This document shows positions 10,032 through 20,264 of a stretch of 58,652 nt of DNA, piece by piece (positions within the stretch are counted from its first letter, which is position 1; the number at the start of each line of letters is the position of its first letter). A program made the position numbers and the translations under genes. The stretch lies in the IMG/VR virus record IMGVR_UViG_3300032291_002473, positions 1-58,652 of that record; one strand, given 5' to 3'. This DNA is from a virus. Taxonomy: Duplodnaviria; Caudoviricetes. The notes beneath the pieces were generated by a model, which was not told the origin of the DNA, did no database searches, and was given only the letters and a program-made list of their open reading frames with translations.

Positions 10032-12502
10032 TGGGATTTAATAAGAAAGTATTATCTAAAGCTGTATCAGAATTAGGTAAAGCAAAAGCACCAGCAAAGC
10101 CAAGAGACATAACTGTTGATCCAAAGGGTTACTGGAATCCTGCTAATCAAGGAAAACCAGTAAGAATACCTGGTAATGGAGATCCAAAAGGAGTTCCTAT
10201 TACAATGGGTTCAGATCCTAAAACAGGACAATCTGTACCTTTTCCTGTATGGGCTCAACCTAATGTTGGTCCTGGTGTTGCAATGCAAAAAGGTCAAGAT
10301 TATTATTTTCCAGGAGCATCTTATGTTGATGAAACACCAATAGCTAAGAAAGGTGGTACTCTTAAAAGTAAGAAGTACTCTAAGAGTATGTCTGCTACTA
10401 ATAAACTATTTACTAAGAATAAATTATTCCAAAATAAAAAGAGTAAGATATTTGATCCTAATGCTAAGTTTAAGTCAGGTGGTTCTAAATTGGGTCCTAT
10501 TAATCTTGATCCAAATCCATTAAGTCACTATGAATTAAACTATGGTTTTAATCTACCTACTAAACAGGATGGTGGAGATATTGATGGTGAAGAACTAGAA
10601 CTTACTGATGAAGAAATACAAGCATATAGAGATGGTGGTTATGTAGTAGAAGAAGTAGCTGAATATGAAGAAGGAGGTTATGTACAACATGAACTTGCTA
10701 AAGCTCAAGGTGGTAAAACAGTTTACTCAGGAGTTGATTATGGTTTAAAAGGTCCATCAAGTCCTAAGCCAAAAGTTAAAAAAACAGATACTTCACCTTC
10801 AGTAGCTAATGCTAAAAAATTAGAGCAGTTTTATAAATTACAAGAACAGAAAAAACAACAAGCTACTGCTAAACAAAAGGAACTTGAGTTAATGAAACGT
10901 ATGCCTAAAACTCAAGTAAGTGATAATACACGTACAGTAACTCCTAAGCAAGCAGTAAGTGATATAAATAATGCTGCAATAATTAATTCACCACAATATA
11001 AAGCAGAACAAAAAGCTAAAAAAGATGCTCAAGCTGCATTTGAAAGAGAGCAGTGGAAAAAATATAATAAAGCATCTACAATGGAAAAAATTGTAGATAG
11101 AACTCAGGCTGCTTTATCACAACCATTACTAATGGCTACTAATGCAATATCAGGTGATCAGGCTTATATACCAGGTATGCATGAAGGATTAATGAATACA
11201 GAAAGTCCTGACTATGATAAATGGTTGGCAGCAACTAAACAAACAAGAGGTTTAAGTGTTAATGATGCATTTAATGTTATTAATCCTGGAAACTGGGCAG
11301 CACATGCATCTGAAGAAGTTAATAAAGGCAACCTTGCATCTGGTGCTACAGAAATGGGGTTAGGGTTGCTTGGATTAAAAGGTCTTAAAACAGCAAGTGG
11401 TCTTGTTAATGGAAGTGCAAAAATACTTAATAAAGCAGAAGGTAAATTATCTAAATTTATACCTGAAAAAGTTCCTGTTAAACCTTCTGCACCAAGTGTA
11501 CCTAGCGTAGGAGCAGGTAATTTAAATGCAGGATTTTCTCCTGAACTTATTCAAAATGCTATAGGACCTAAGAATAAAGTATTGGCAAATATTGTTGATA
11601 AATCATATGTGCCGGTTTTGAATAAAGGAATGAATAGAATTAGTCCACTAAACTGGGTTCCTGGTTATGGTTCTAAACTTGAAGGAGCTATTAAACCATT
11701 AGGTAATGTAATAGGTAACTCAATTGAAAATGGTAAACTGATAGAATCTAAATCTTTATTTAATAAAGCAAAAGGTTTAGTTAAAAAAGGTACAGATGCT
11801 GACTTAACAACAAAAATTGGTAAAACAAATGCATCAGATATATACTCAGCTAAAATAGATCCTTCAGTAAGTGGTTCTAAATTAGGTCTTGGCTCTGCAA
11901 ATCCACAAGGGTTTGTTGGTAGAAATTTTAGAAAAAGTAATGCATCATACCCTATTCAAAATACATGGGGTACTAACATGAATCAAGTACCTTTGACAGA
12001 TGCCGGTGTATCATTAAACAGAAGATTACCTTTTTCAAATAGGTATGTACCTATTGATAAAGAAAAACTAATGAACAATAAGTTTCAGTGGTCAACTACT
12101 GGAGCAGGTGCACAAAAAATGGCAGAAAAATTTGGTGCAAGTACTTTAGGAACAGGTTTAGGTGTAGGTGCATATATGGGTGCTACATACGATCCAATGG
12201 ATTATGTAGATGATAAAGAAGCTGCTGAACAAATACGTTTAGAAAATGGTGATCCAAATGACTATTTTGATTTACCATCAAGAACTGATGTAATGCTAGA
12301 AGGTGCAAAAAGCGTAATGGGATCACCAACTGAATATTTAAATGAAGGATTTGATCCATATTTTTTAAGAACAGCATCAAGTGCTTTACAAAATGAATAT
12401 AAACAAGGTGGTGTTATAGAAGAGGTTTGGGAAGATGAATTAGATGATCATACTATAGAATTATTAAGAAAAGCAGGATACACAGTTAAAGAACTTGATT
12501 AA
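10031..12502 (+). CDS. Putative virion cargo/ejection protein (GG-motif rich)
   Basis: 823 aa, low complexity, no Cys seen, multiple [FYMA]-x-x-G-G motifs and Gly-rich hydrophobic segments. TAATG coupling to the muzzle gene. Confidence 0.5.
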   Translation: MGFNKKVLSKAVSELGKAKAPAKPRDITVDPKGYWNPANQGKPVRIPGNGDPKGVPITMGSDPKTGQSVPFPVWAQPNVGPGVAMQKGQDYYFPGASYVDETPIAKKGGTLKSKKYSKSMSATNKLFTKNKLFQNKKSKIFDPNAKFKSGGSKLGPINLDPNPLSHYELNYGFNLPTKQDGGDIDGEELELTDEEIQAYRDGGYVVEEVAEYEEGGYVQHELAKAQGGKTVYSGVDYGLKGPSSPKPKVKKTDTSPSVANAKKLEQFYKLQEQKKQQATAKQKELELMKRMPKTQVSDNTRTVTPKQAVSDINNAAIINSPQYKAEQKAKKDAQAAFEREQWKKYNKASTMEKIVDRTQAALSQPLLMATNAISGDQAYIPGMHEGLMNTESPDYDKWLAATKQTRGLSVNDAFNVINPGNWAAHASEEVNKGNLASGATEMGLGLLGLKGLKTASGLVNGSAKILNKAEGKLSKFIPEKVPVKPSAPSVPSVGAGNLNAGFSPELIQNAIGPKNKVLANIVDKSYVPVLNKGMNRISPLNWVPGYGSKLEGAIKPLGNVIGNSIENGKLIESKSLFNKAKGLVKKGTDADLTTKIGKTNASDIYSAKIDPSVSGSKLGLGSANPQGFVGRNFRKSNASYPIQNTWGTNMNQVPLTDAGVSLNRRLPFSNRYVPIDKEKLMNNKFQWSTTGAGAQKMAEKFGASTLGTGLGVGAYMGATYDPMDYVDDKEAAEQIRLENGDPNDYFDLPSRTDVMLEGAKSVMGSPTEYLNEGFDPYFLRTASSALQNEYKQGGVIEEVWEDELDDHTIELLRKAGYTVKELD

Positions 12503-12552
12503 ACTTTTAATGTTTATTGAGTAAACTAAAATTTATTATATTTAATATATAT
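12500..12552 (+). promoter_or_regulatory. Candidate phage promoter (shared intergenic motif)
   Basis: TAAACTTTT...GTTT...AGTAAACT...AAAATTT-nn-TATATTTA is shared with 17260-17311 and partly with 2495-2536. Confidence 0.5.
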
Positions 12553-12562
12553 TACACATTAT

Positions 12563-14701
12563 ATGAAAAAGAGAGTAAGAGTATATAAAGCTGGTGGTGA
12601 GTCTAACCAACCTACTCAAGAACAAATAGTAAATTATATATCACAAAGAATGTCAGCTGATGATTTTGACGGTGATACAGATACATTAAAAGAAGAATTG
12701 ACTCAAGCAGGTATTGCTGAAGATAATGCTGATGAGTATATAACTTACGTTAGTGATAATTTAGGATTAGAAGATAATAGTCAATCTGAAGAAGAAGCTC
12801 AATTTGCAGCAGAAGAACAAGCAAGAGCACAAGAAGAAGAACAAGCTTTACTTGAAGAACAAGAAGCAGCTGAAGAAGAAGCAAGACAACAACAACTTGC
12901 AGCTATGTACAATACTGATATAGATATGTCAACTACTGAAGATACTCCAGAAGATGAAGCTAACTATATGAAACAAGGTGGTTCTAAACTTAGTAAAAGA
13001 AGTTTTATTAAAGAGTATACTAAGTTTGCTAAAATGGCTAGAGGTGGTGATACACCTAATCCAGGTCCAGATGATGTACTTAATGGTAGAGAAGAGCATG
13101 TTGATGGATTCTTAGATGCTCTTAAGAATACTGCTAACGATGCTGTACTAAGACAAGAAGCAGAAGCTCAATATGGTAGATACCAAAATGGAGGTGCACA
13201 AAAAGATAATGAAAATCTAATGCATCACTTAGGTGCATATGCAACTGGTTTACATGATATATTTTCACAAAATCAAAATATTCAAAATGATGCTCCACAT
13301 GGACAATTTGGTGGTTTTACAGATACTGACTCTGGTTTATATAAGTTTATAGGTGGTGGAGATAATGAATCTGCTGATGAAATGTATCAAGACTCAGATA
13401 TAGATTTTAATCAAGAAGAGTTTGCAAAAGGTGGTTTTAAAATGCCTAAAAGATCTGGTAGACAATATGTACAGGCAGTTAATTCTCCTTACTATACAGC
13501 TACAGGTGAAAGAGCTGTTGCTCCTGATCTTGCAGGTAGACAAGTAACAAGTGTTGATGTAACTAAAAGAGGTTTATTAGGTAATACTAAAGCATATAGA
13601 GTAAATTATGGTAACCAAACTCCATCAAACATATTACCACAAATTAAAATGCCTACTGAAGATGAAGCAAAAGCACTTGATGCTAAATACGCTGCTCAAG
13701 ACAAAAAAGGTAATAGACAACCTGTTGCAGATTGGATGATGAGATCTGGGATACCAGGTATTAAACAAATGGGAGCACGTATGACTAGGTCAGGAATGGT
13801 ACCTGAAATACCTCAAGGTGCACAACCTACAACTCCTGTTGCAACACAAGCAGGTAATACTCCTTATTATCCTCCAATGGATGCACGTGCTCAAAGAAGA
13901 GAAAGAAGAGATGATGCACAACTTAATAGATTTTTAGGTGATAATAAAACAGATGTATTTAATGATCCAAAAGAAGTTGCAAGAATACAAAGTAAGATAC
14001 CTGGTTATAAACCATTTGGTGATACAGATAAAGCAAAAGAAATAGCTAACCAAGCTTCTTCTTTAATTAATAAACAAAAAGAATATGGTGGAGATGTTTC
14101 TATTCCTGAAGTATATAGAGCACAAATAGGTACTGAAGTAGGTTTTGATCCTAATGCTAATAACATGAGTATTAGTAATCTTCAAGGTTATTTTGATAAA
14201 GCCCCTACAAAAGATGTAACTGGTAATCAAATTCAAGCTACAGTACCTGAAAGTATGCAGCCAGATAATATTACTATGGATCCTAATCAACTAAATAACA
14301 AATTTTCTACTGAAGCACTAGATAATTACTCACAAGATTTTCAAGTTAAAAAAGATAGAAGCAATCTAAGTGCTAATCTTACAGCAGCTTCATATTTAGT
14401 AAAAGGTATTGCAGATCAAGCAAATCAAATTAATGCTAAAAAACAAGAGAATGAGATGATAAATAATTTAAAGTCAGCTGAATCTAATTTTGGTATTAGT
14501 AATGAAGATAAGAGAGGTGATTATGATCAAGCTGGTAATTTTAGACCTGATGATACTGGATTTAAAGATGTTTCAAGATATGGTGGTGGTATTTATGCTA
14601 TGGGTGGGAACACTATGGATGAAGATAAAAACATTAGATATATGACTCAAGAAGAAATAGATGACTTCAGGGCTAATGGAGGAGAATTAGAATATTTATA
14701 A
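12563..14701 (+). CDS. Putative virion cargo protein (GG-motif rich, acidic)
   Basis: 712 aa, E/Q-rich coiled segment, about ten x-x-x-G-G motifs, no Cys seen. Confidence 0.5.
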   Translation: MKKRVRVYKAGGESNQPTQEQIVNYISQRMSADDFDGDTDTLKEELTQAGIAEDNADEYITYVSDNLGLEDNSQSEEEAQFAAEEQARAQEEEQALLEEQEAAEEEARQQQLAAMYNTDIDMSTTEDTPEDEANYMKQGGSKLSKRSFIKEYTKFAKMARGGDTPNPGPDDVLNGREEHVDGFLDALKNTANDAVLRQEAEAQYGRYQNGGAQKDNENLMHHLGAYATGLHDIFSQNQNIQNDAPHGQFGGFTDTDSGLYKFIGGGDNESADEMYQDSDIDFNQEEFAKGGFKMPKRSGRQYVQAVNSPYYTATGERAVAPDLAGRQVTSVDVTKRGLLGNTKAYRVNYGNQTPSNILPQIKMPTEDEAKALDAKYAAQDKKGNRQPVADWMMRSGIPGIKQMGARMTRSGMVPEIPQGAQPTTPVATQAGNTPYYPPMDARAQRRERRDDAQLNRFLGDNKTDVFNDPKEVARIQSKIPGYKPFGDTDKAKEIANQASSLINKQKEYGGDVSIPEVYRAQIGTEVGFDPNANNMSISNLQGYFDKAPTKDVTGNQIQATVPESMQPDNITMDPNQLNNKFSTEALDNYSQDFQVKKDRSNLSANLTAASYLVKGIADQANQINAKKQENEMINNLKSAESNFGISNEDKRGDYDQAGNFRPDDTGFKDVSRYGGGIYAMGGNTMDEDKNIRYMTQEEIDDFRANGGELEYL

Positions 14702-14712
14702 TATTGTGAATT

Positions 14713-17262
14713 ATGTACTTTAAAGTAAAAATAACTAAAAGATTACCACAAGCAAAATCGGGAGGTTTTACAGGTAACAATTTAAATAAACAAGTAATTA
14801 GTTTTGGTGGAGCTGATATGAATGCTGCATCAAGACATCTTGAGAATACTAGATATTTAAAACAAGTTCCAAGAGATGAAGCTAATCTAGAAGCTGAAGG
14901 TGGGGAAACCGCATTTGGTGATATCAATGGTGATGGATTCACTGAGCATATGATCATCAGTGGTAAAAGACATCATGAAGGCGGTGTACCTTTAAACCTA
15001 CCGGATGGTACATTTATCTTTAGTGATACTGCAGCAATGAAAATTACTGATTGTAATATTCTAAAAATGTTTGCTAAAGCATGTGGTAAAAAAGGATATA
15101 CTCCTGCTGAATTAGCAAAGCCATATGATGTTAATAAGTATAGAAAGATATTAGAAGATCCTAACTCAGATAAAGTAGATAAAAAAACTGCTGAGTTAAT
15201 GATTAAAAATATTAATCTTAAACTTGGTGCATTAGCATTAGCTCAAGAAGCTAAAAAAGGATTCCCTCAAGGTATACCAGAAGTTGCTATTCCTTATATG
15301 CAAGCAATGGGTATCAAAGAAGAAGACTTAATACCAGAAAAACCACAAGCAGAAGCTCAAGTTAATCAACAAGCTATGCAAAACCCATATGAAAATCAAG
15401 GTATGGGTCCCCAATCTCCTGAAGAAGAGATGATGGAAGTACCTCCTATGGCTCAATACGGTATGATGACAGGTGATTATAGTTATCCTGGACAACAATT
15501 ATACAGAAACGGTGGTTCACTAGATAGATATCAAAGTAAAGGTGAAGTAAAAAATAAAGTTTACAGTAAAGAGAACTTACCTAAAGATGCTATCATAAGA
15601 GAAAGAATTACTACTGATACTAGAGCCGGTGACTATGTTAAACAAGAAGATGGAACATACAAGAAAGTAACAGCAGCAACACTTGGTAAAAATCCTACAG
15701 CAGATACAAAATCTTTAGGTATATCTGTAGAAGAATTTAAAAAACAATCTCCTGAGAATGCTCAACTTATTGAAGATGCTAATGCAATTATTGCAAAAGG
15801 TATTAAAGCTGGTGGTATCACTACAGATAAAAAAGGTAATATAAAAATTACAGGTAAGTGGGATGGTAACTTTAGAGATAGAGTAAAATTATCAAGAGCT
15901 CTTAATGCTACTAATGCTAAAGGTGTATTAGGTACTGATAAATATAAAGTTGTTAGTCAAGGTGCAACAGGTCCTTATTCTAAATTAAACAATGGTAAAC
16001 TTAAAGGTTCTGGTTCATTTGTTGCAGGATTTACTCCTGACTTATATGAGCAAAGATTTATATATGAGCAAGCTAAAGGTTTAGGTATGACAGATGATGA
16101 AGCATTTGATGAAGTTGACCGTATACAAAAAGATCCTAAATTAAAAGCACAAGCTAGAAGACAATTTGCAGGTACTCTTGGAATTAAAGATGTACCAGAA
16201 GATGATAAAGCATTATTATCAGAAGATTTCTATAAAAAGAATTATGCTGATGTTACAAAAGGTATTGAAAATTCATTAGGTGAAGGTGAATATAGACCAT
16301 CAATGGGTAATGATATATTAGGTGGAATTGAGCATTTTGATGCAATAGGTGGTAAACCAGAGTTTCAATATGAAAATGAAGAAGCTGTAAGTACTGATAA
16401 AGATGAAGAAGCTAATACAACTACTCAAGAAGAAACTCCAGAAGCTCCTTATCAAAATAATCCAGAATGGTGGTTACAAGATAAAGTAAATATGGGACTT
16501 GCTGCTGGTGATTATTTTGATGTAGATAAAGCTTTACCGTGGGCAGCAAGATATGAACCACAATTAATGTCTCCTACATTTTATGACCCTACAAGAGAAC
16601 TTGCAGCTCAGTCTGAACAAGCTAATATTGCTAATCAAGCTTTAGCTCAATTTACAGGACCACAAGCATTATCTGCTAGATCAGCATCTATTCAAGGACA
16701 AGGTGCTAAACAAGCCGCAGATACATTATCAAGATATAATAATCTTAATGTTGGTGTTGCTAATCAGTTTGAAGGTAACAATGCACAGATTGCTAATGAA
16801 GCTCAAAGATTTAATCAAGCACAGAACAAACAATTGTATGATCAAAATGTAATTGCAAATCAACAGTTTAAAAATACTAAACGTGCATTAAGACATAATC
16901 TAGGTGATGCTTTTAATACAGGTACTACTAATATGATGAAGACAGATGCAATGAATCAGATGTATCCTCAGTATGCAGTAGATCCAAGAAGTGGTGGTAG
17001 AATGCATTTTACTAAAAATAAAAATATTAAACCTACTGATGAAATGAGTTTAGATGAATATGCAATGCAATTACAAAACTCTAAGTTAGATCCTGAGTCA
17101 CAACAAATATTATTAAAAGATCGTATTAAAAGATATAATAATAGTGGTACTGGTGATGCCGTTGATCCAAATATGATAGCAGCTCAGTATGGTAAAAAAG
17201 GTGGAACAACTCAAATGGCTTATGTAATGGGTTCTAATGTATTTCCTTTCATGTTCTACTAA
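14713..17262 (+). CDS. Putative virion cargo/ejection protein
   Basis: 849 aa. Conserved-looking EAEGGE...GKRHHEGGV...FIFSD domain and a Q/N/A-rich C-terminal helical region typical of ejection proteins. Confidence 0.5.
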   Translation: MYFKVKITKRLPQAKSGGFTGNNLNKQVISFGGADMNAASRHLENTRYLKQVPRDEANLEAEGGETAFGDINGDGFTEHMIISGKRHHEGGVPLNLPDGTFIFSDTAAMKITDCNILKMFAKACGKKGYTPAELAKPYDVNKYRKILEDPNSDKVDKKTAELMIKNINLKLGALALAQEAKKGFPQGIPEVAIPYMQAMGIKEEDLIPEKPQAEAQVNQQAMQNPYENQGMGPQSPEEEMMEVPPMAQYGMMTGDYSYPGQQLYRNGGSLDRYQSKGEVKNKVYSKENLPKDAIIRERITTDTRAGDYVKQEDGTYKKVTAATLGKNPTADTKSLGISVEEFKKQSPENAQLIEDANAIIAKGIKAGGITTDKKGNIKITGKWDGNFRDRVKLSRALNATNAKGVLGTDKYKVVSQGATGPYSKLNNGKLKGSGSFVAGFTPDLYEQRFIYEQAKGLGMTDDEAFDEVDRIQKDPKLKAQARRQFAGTLGIKDVPEDDKALLSEDFYKKNYADVTKGIENSLGEGEYRPSMGNDILGGIEHFDAIGGKPEFQYENEEAVSTDKDEEANTTTQEETPEAPYQNNPEWWLQDKVNMGLAAGDYFDVDKALPWAARYEPQLMSPTFYDPTRELAAQSEQANIANQALAQFTGPQALSARSASIQGQGAKQAADTLSRYNNLNVGVANQFEGNNAQIANEAQRFNQAQNKQLYDQNVIANQQFKNTKRALRHNLGDAFNTGTTNMMKTDAMNQMYPQYAVDPRSGGRMHFTKNKNIKPTDEMSLDEYAMQLQNSKLDPESQQILLKDRIKRYNNSGTGDAVDPNMIAAQYGKKGGTTQMAYVMGSNVFPFMFY

Positions 17263-17311
17263 ACTTTTTAGGTTTAGTAAACTTATAAAATTTTAATATA
17301 TTTACAGTATA
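17260..17311 (+). promoter_or_regulatory. Candidate phage promoter (shared intergenic motif)
   Basis: TAAACTTTTTAGGTTTAGTAAACTTATAAAATTTTAATATATTTA aligns with the 12500 intergenic region. Confidence 0.5.
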
Positions 17312-17327
17312 GACAAACATTAACATT

Positions 17328-20264
17328 ATGGCAACGTATATTCAAGGAAGTCAAGATTATATACCTCAGTTTCAACCATTTCAACCTGATTTAAACTTTT
17401 ATGCAAACGCATTGCAGACTAAGCAAAATCAGTATGATACAAACTATAAAGCATTAAACAATGTATATGGTCAGTATTTTTATGCAGCTTTAACACACGG
17501 TGATAACCTTAAGAAAAAAGATGAATTAATTAAAGCAATTGATTTTAATCTTAAGCGTGTCTCTGGTTTAGACTTATCTCTTGAACAAAATGTTGATCAG
17601 GCACAACAGGTGTTTAAACCATTCTATGAAGATAAACACCTTATGAAAGATATGGCCTGGACTAAAAATATAAATAGTCAAAAAGCATATGGAGCAGGTT
17701 TAAAAAATAATAGAGATGAAAAGCAAAGATCTCAATACTGGGAAGCTGGTTTAAGAGCACTTGATTATAAAACTGAAGAATTTAAAAATGCTTCTCTTGA
17801 GGAGACAATGTCAATTGGAAATGCAAACTATACTCCTTATGTTAATGTAATGGAGAAAGCTCAAAAGATTGCTAAAGAACAAAACTTTAAACTTGACAGT
17901 TATGCACCTTCTGCTGATGGTAGATGGATGGTAAAAACTACAAATGGTGAAAACATACTTGAACCATTAAATAAATTACTTGAAGCACAATTAGGTTCAG
18001 ATCCTGCTGTAATTGATGTATACAAAACTCAAGCTTATGTAAATAGAAAAGATTATGCTTACTCTAATGCTGCTCAGTTTGGTGGAGACCAGAATGCTGC
18101 TGAAATGAGTTACTTATCTGAAAGCTATAAAATGCTTAAAGCTGAATCAGAAACTAATTATAAAAAATTAAAAAACTCTTCTGATACATATAATAATCAA
18201 ATCAGTAATGTACAAAAAGAAATCACTGATGGTAATGCACAACCAGGAGCAGAAACATATTTAGAAAGACTACAAAAAGCTAAAAATGTAAATGACACTG
18301 TATTATCAAGCACTGAAGCAAATCATAATGAATTAAAAGATAAAGTAAGTACTGCATCAACTACTAGTGGTTTTGAGAATCCATATGGAGACATTGAATC
18401 TTTAAGATACAAAGTTGATAATGCAATGGCTTCAAAGTTAATGCAAAAAGATCTTGGTGAAGCTGCAAATGTATATGCAATGTCACATAGAGAAGTAGAT
18501 ATTGAAGCAAACATTTATGCTGTTAAAGAGCAAGAACATAAATACAGAATGCAAGAAGTTGCTTCTGCTAATGCAAGTAGAGAAAGAACTGCACAAATAA
18601 GAAATGCAGGCGAAGAAAAAAATATGTTTAATGCACAAAGACTTGCTTCTGGTGGATATCATATTGATGATAGAAAAGTATTAGAGAATGGTCAAGCTAA
18701 TCCAGCATATAATACAGTTGTTCCAAATGATGATGGTGTTATGATAAATAACAGAGATCATAGAAGTGGTACATCAACTCCAGAGATTAACATGAAAGTT
18801 AAGGCTGCGGATAATATGAAACGTATAACTACTGAATATGCTGAACCAGTGTTTAAAAATATGACACAAACACTTGAACAATTAAAAACTCAAGGTTTAA
18901 TATCTAATGAAGATATAACATCAATACTTGGATATGATAGATTTAAAAATATTAGTCTTACTAAATTTAAAGATAAATTAAGTAAAAATTCAGCAGGTTT
19001 CTTAAACACTGAAATAGGTGGTAAAAACCTAGATGCTATATATAATAAATTTAATACATGGATAAAAAACCATAATGGTAATGGTGCTGTAGTTGATGCT
19101 TATGAAAAATCTGGATTAGAAAAACTTGGTACTAAATATACTGGCTACAGTAAAAATCTTGCTAACTATGAGAAATGGAAAAAAGAAACAGCAACTGTTG
19201 TTGAACAAGAATTTACAAGATCAGAAGATTATGATGTTAAAAGATATGGTAAATACTTATACGCTGAAGATGGTAGATTAAGAACTCAAAAAGAATTTGA
19301 TGCATTAAGTAAAGTTACTGGAGAAGAAGTCAGAAGAGTGATAAATCCAATAAGTGGTTATTCAAGTACAGAAGCACCTGTACAAAAAAATAAAGAATTA
19401 TATGATAAACTTATTCAAGCAGCAAGTAAGGTATACAATACATCTTCAAAAATGGTAAAAGCTGCTCCAGGAATATTAGGAACTGGAGCAGGACTTACAT
19501 CTAAAGAAAACTTTATATCAGTATATCATAATGCTTTTGACCATCCAGGTAATGCATTTATGAGAGAAACAATTAATGATTTAAACAACCTTGACTTAAC
19601 AGATGATTCTCAAGTAAAAATTTCATATGATGGTACTACTATAACAGCAGGTGCAAAAAATAAACCTGGAAGAGAAGCCGCACAATTAGTAAGAGATTAC
19701 ATTGCAGAATATCAAAATACTAAAGGAGAAACTAAACCTTTTGAATTAGGTGCTGTAAACATTGCAGAAAACAATTCTAAAAAAGGAGCTATGATTATTA
19801 GACCTGATGCAGAGTGGTTAAAGAAACAAGTATATACACTTGATGCAAATGGTAAAAGAAAAGCAGGTAGAATAAGTGAATCTGAATATAATGCAATTAT
19901 AAGAAATGGTATATCAGTTATTGCAGATTCAAAAAGTTTTAATAATGGTTTATATAAATCTTCATATCTTGATCCAGTTCAAGCTGTAGTAGCATATGAT
20001 GGTAAGTATGAATATGTAGATCCATTAGATGAAGAAGGATACAATAAATTTACTATAGTGCCTGATAAACTTGGTACAACAGATTATATTGCTAAAACAC
20101 AATATAAAGTATGGGATCCAGATTCTAAAAAATGGATGTATCAAGGAACCTATGATGCAACAATATCAAAAGAAGAAGGATTAGCAAATACTGCAGAAAC
20201 AGCAACAGACTTTTTTAAAGCATTAAGAACTCATAATAAAACACAGTACAATGTTGACAGATGA
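17328..20264 (+). CDS. Putative virion cargo/ejection protein
   Basis: 978 aa, helical N-terminus (PFQPDLNFY...LQTKQNQYD), no Cys seen. Lies directly before the giant cargo genes. Confidence 0.5.
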   Translation: MATYIQGSQDYIPQFQPFQPDLNFYANALQTKQNQYDTNYKALNNVYGQYFYAALTHGDNLKKKDELIKAIDFNLKRVSGLDLSLEQNVDQAQQVFKPFYEDKHLMKDMAWTKNINSQKAYGAGLKNNRDEKQRSQYWEAGLRALDYKTEEFKNASLEETMSIGNANYTPYVNVMEKAQKIAKEQNFKLDSYAPSADGRWMVKTTNGENILEPLNKLLEAQLGSDPAVIDVYKTQAYVNRKDYAYSNAAQFGGDQNAAEMSYLSESYKMLKAESETNYKKLKNSSDTYNNQISNVQKEITDGNAQPGAETYLERLQKAKNVNDTVLSSTEANHNELKDKVSTASTTSGFENPYGDIESLRYKVDNAMASKLMQKDLGEAANVYAMSHREVDIEANIYAVKEQEHKYRMQEVASANASRERTAQIRNAGEEKNMFNAQRLASGGYHIDDRKVLENGQANPAYNTVVPNDDGVMINNRDHRSGTSTPEINMKVKAADNMKRITTEYAEPVFKNMTQTLEQLKTQGLISNEDITSILGYDRFKNISLTKFKDKLSKNSAGFLNTEIGGKNLDAIYNKFNTWIKNHNGNGAVVDAYEKSGLEKLGTKYTGYSKNLANYEKWKKETATVVEQEFTRSEDYDVKRYGKYLYAEDGRLRTQKEFDALSKVTGEEVRRVINPISGYSSTEAPVQKNKELYDKLIQAASKVYNTSSKMVKAAPGILGTGAGLTSKENFISVYHNAFDHPGNAFMRETINDLNNLDLTDDSQVKISYDGTTITAGAKNKPGREAAQLVRDYIAEYQNTKGETKPFELGAVNIAENNSKKGAMIIRPDAEWLKKQVYTLDANGKRKAGRISESEYNAIIRNGISVIADSKSFNNGLYKSSYLDPVQAVVAYDGKYEYVDPLDEEGYNKFTIVPDKLGTTDYIAKTQYKVWDPDSKKWMYQGTYDATISKEEGLANTAETATDFFKALRTHNKTQYNVDR

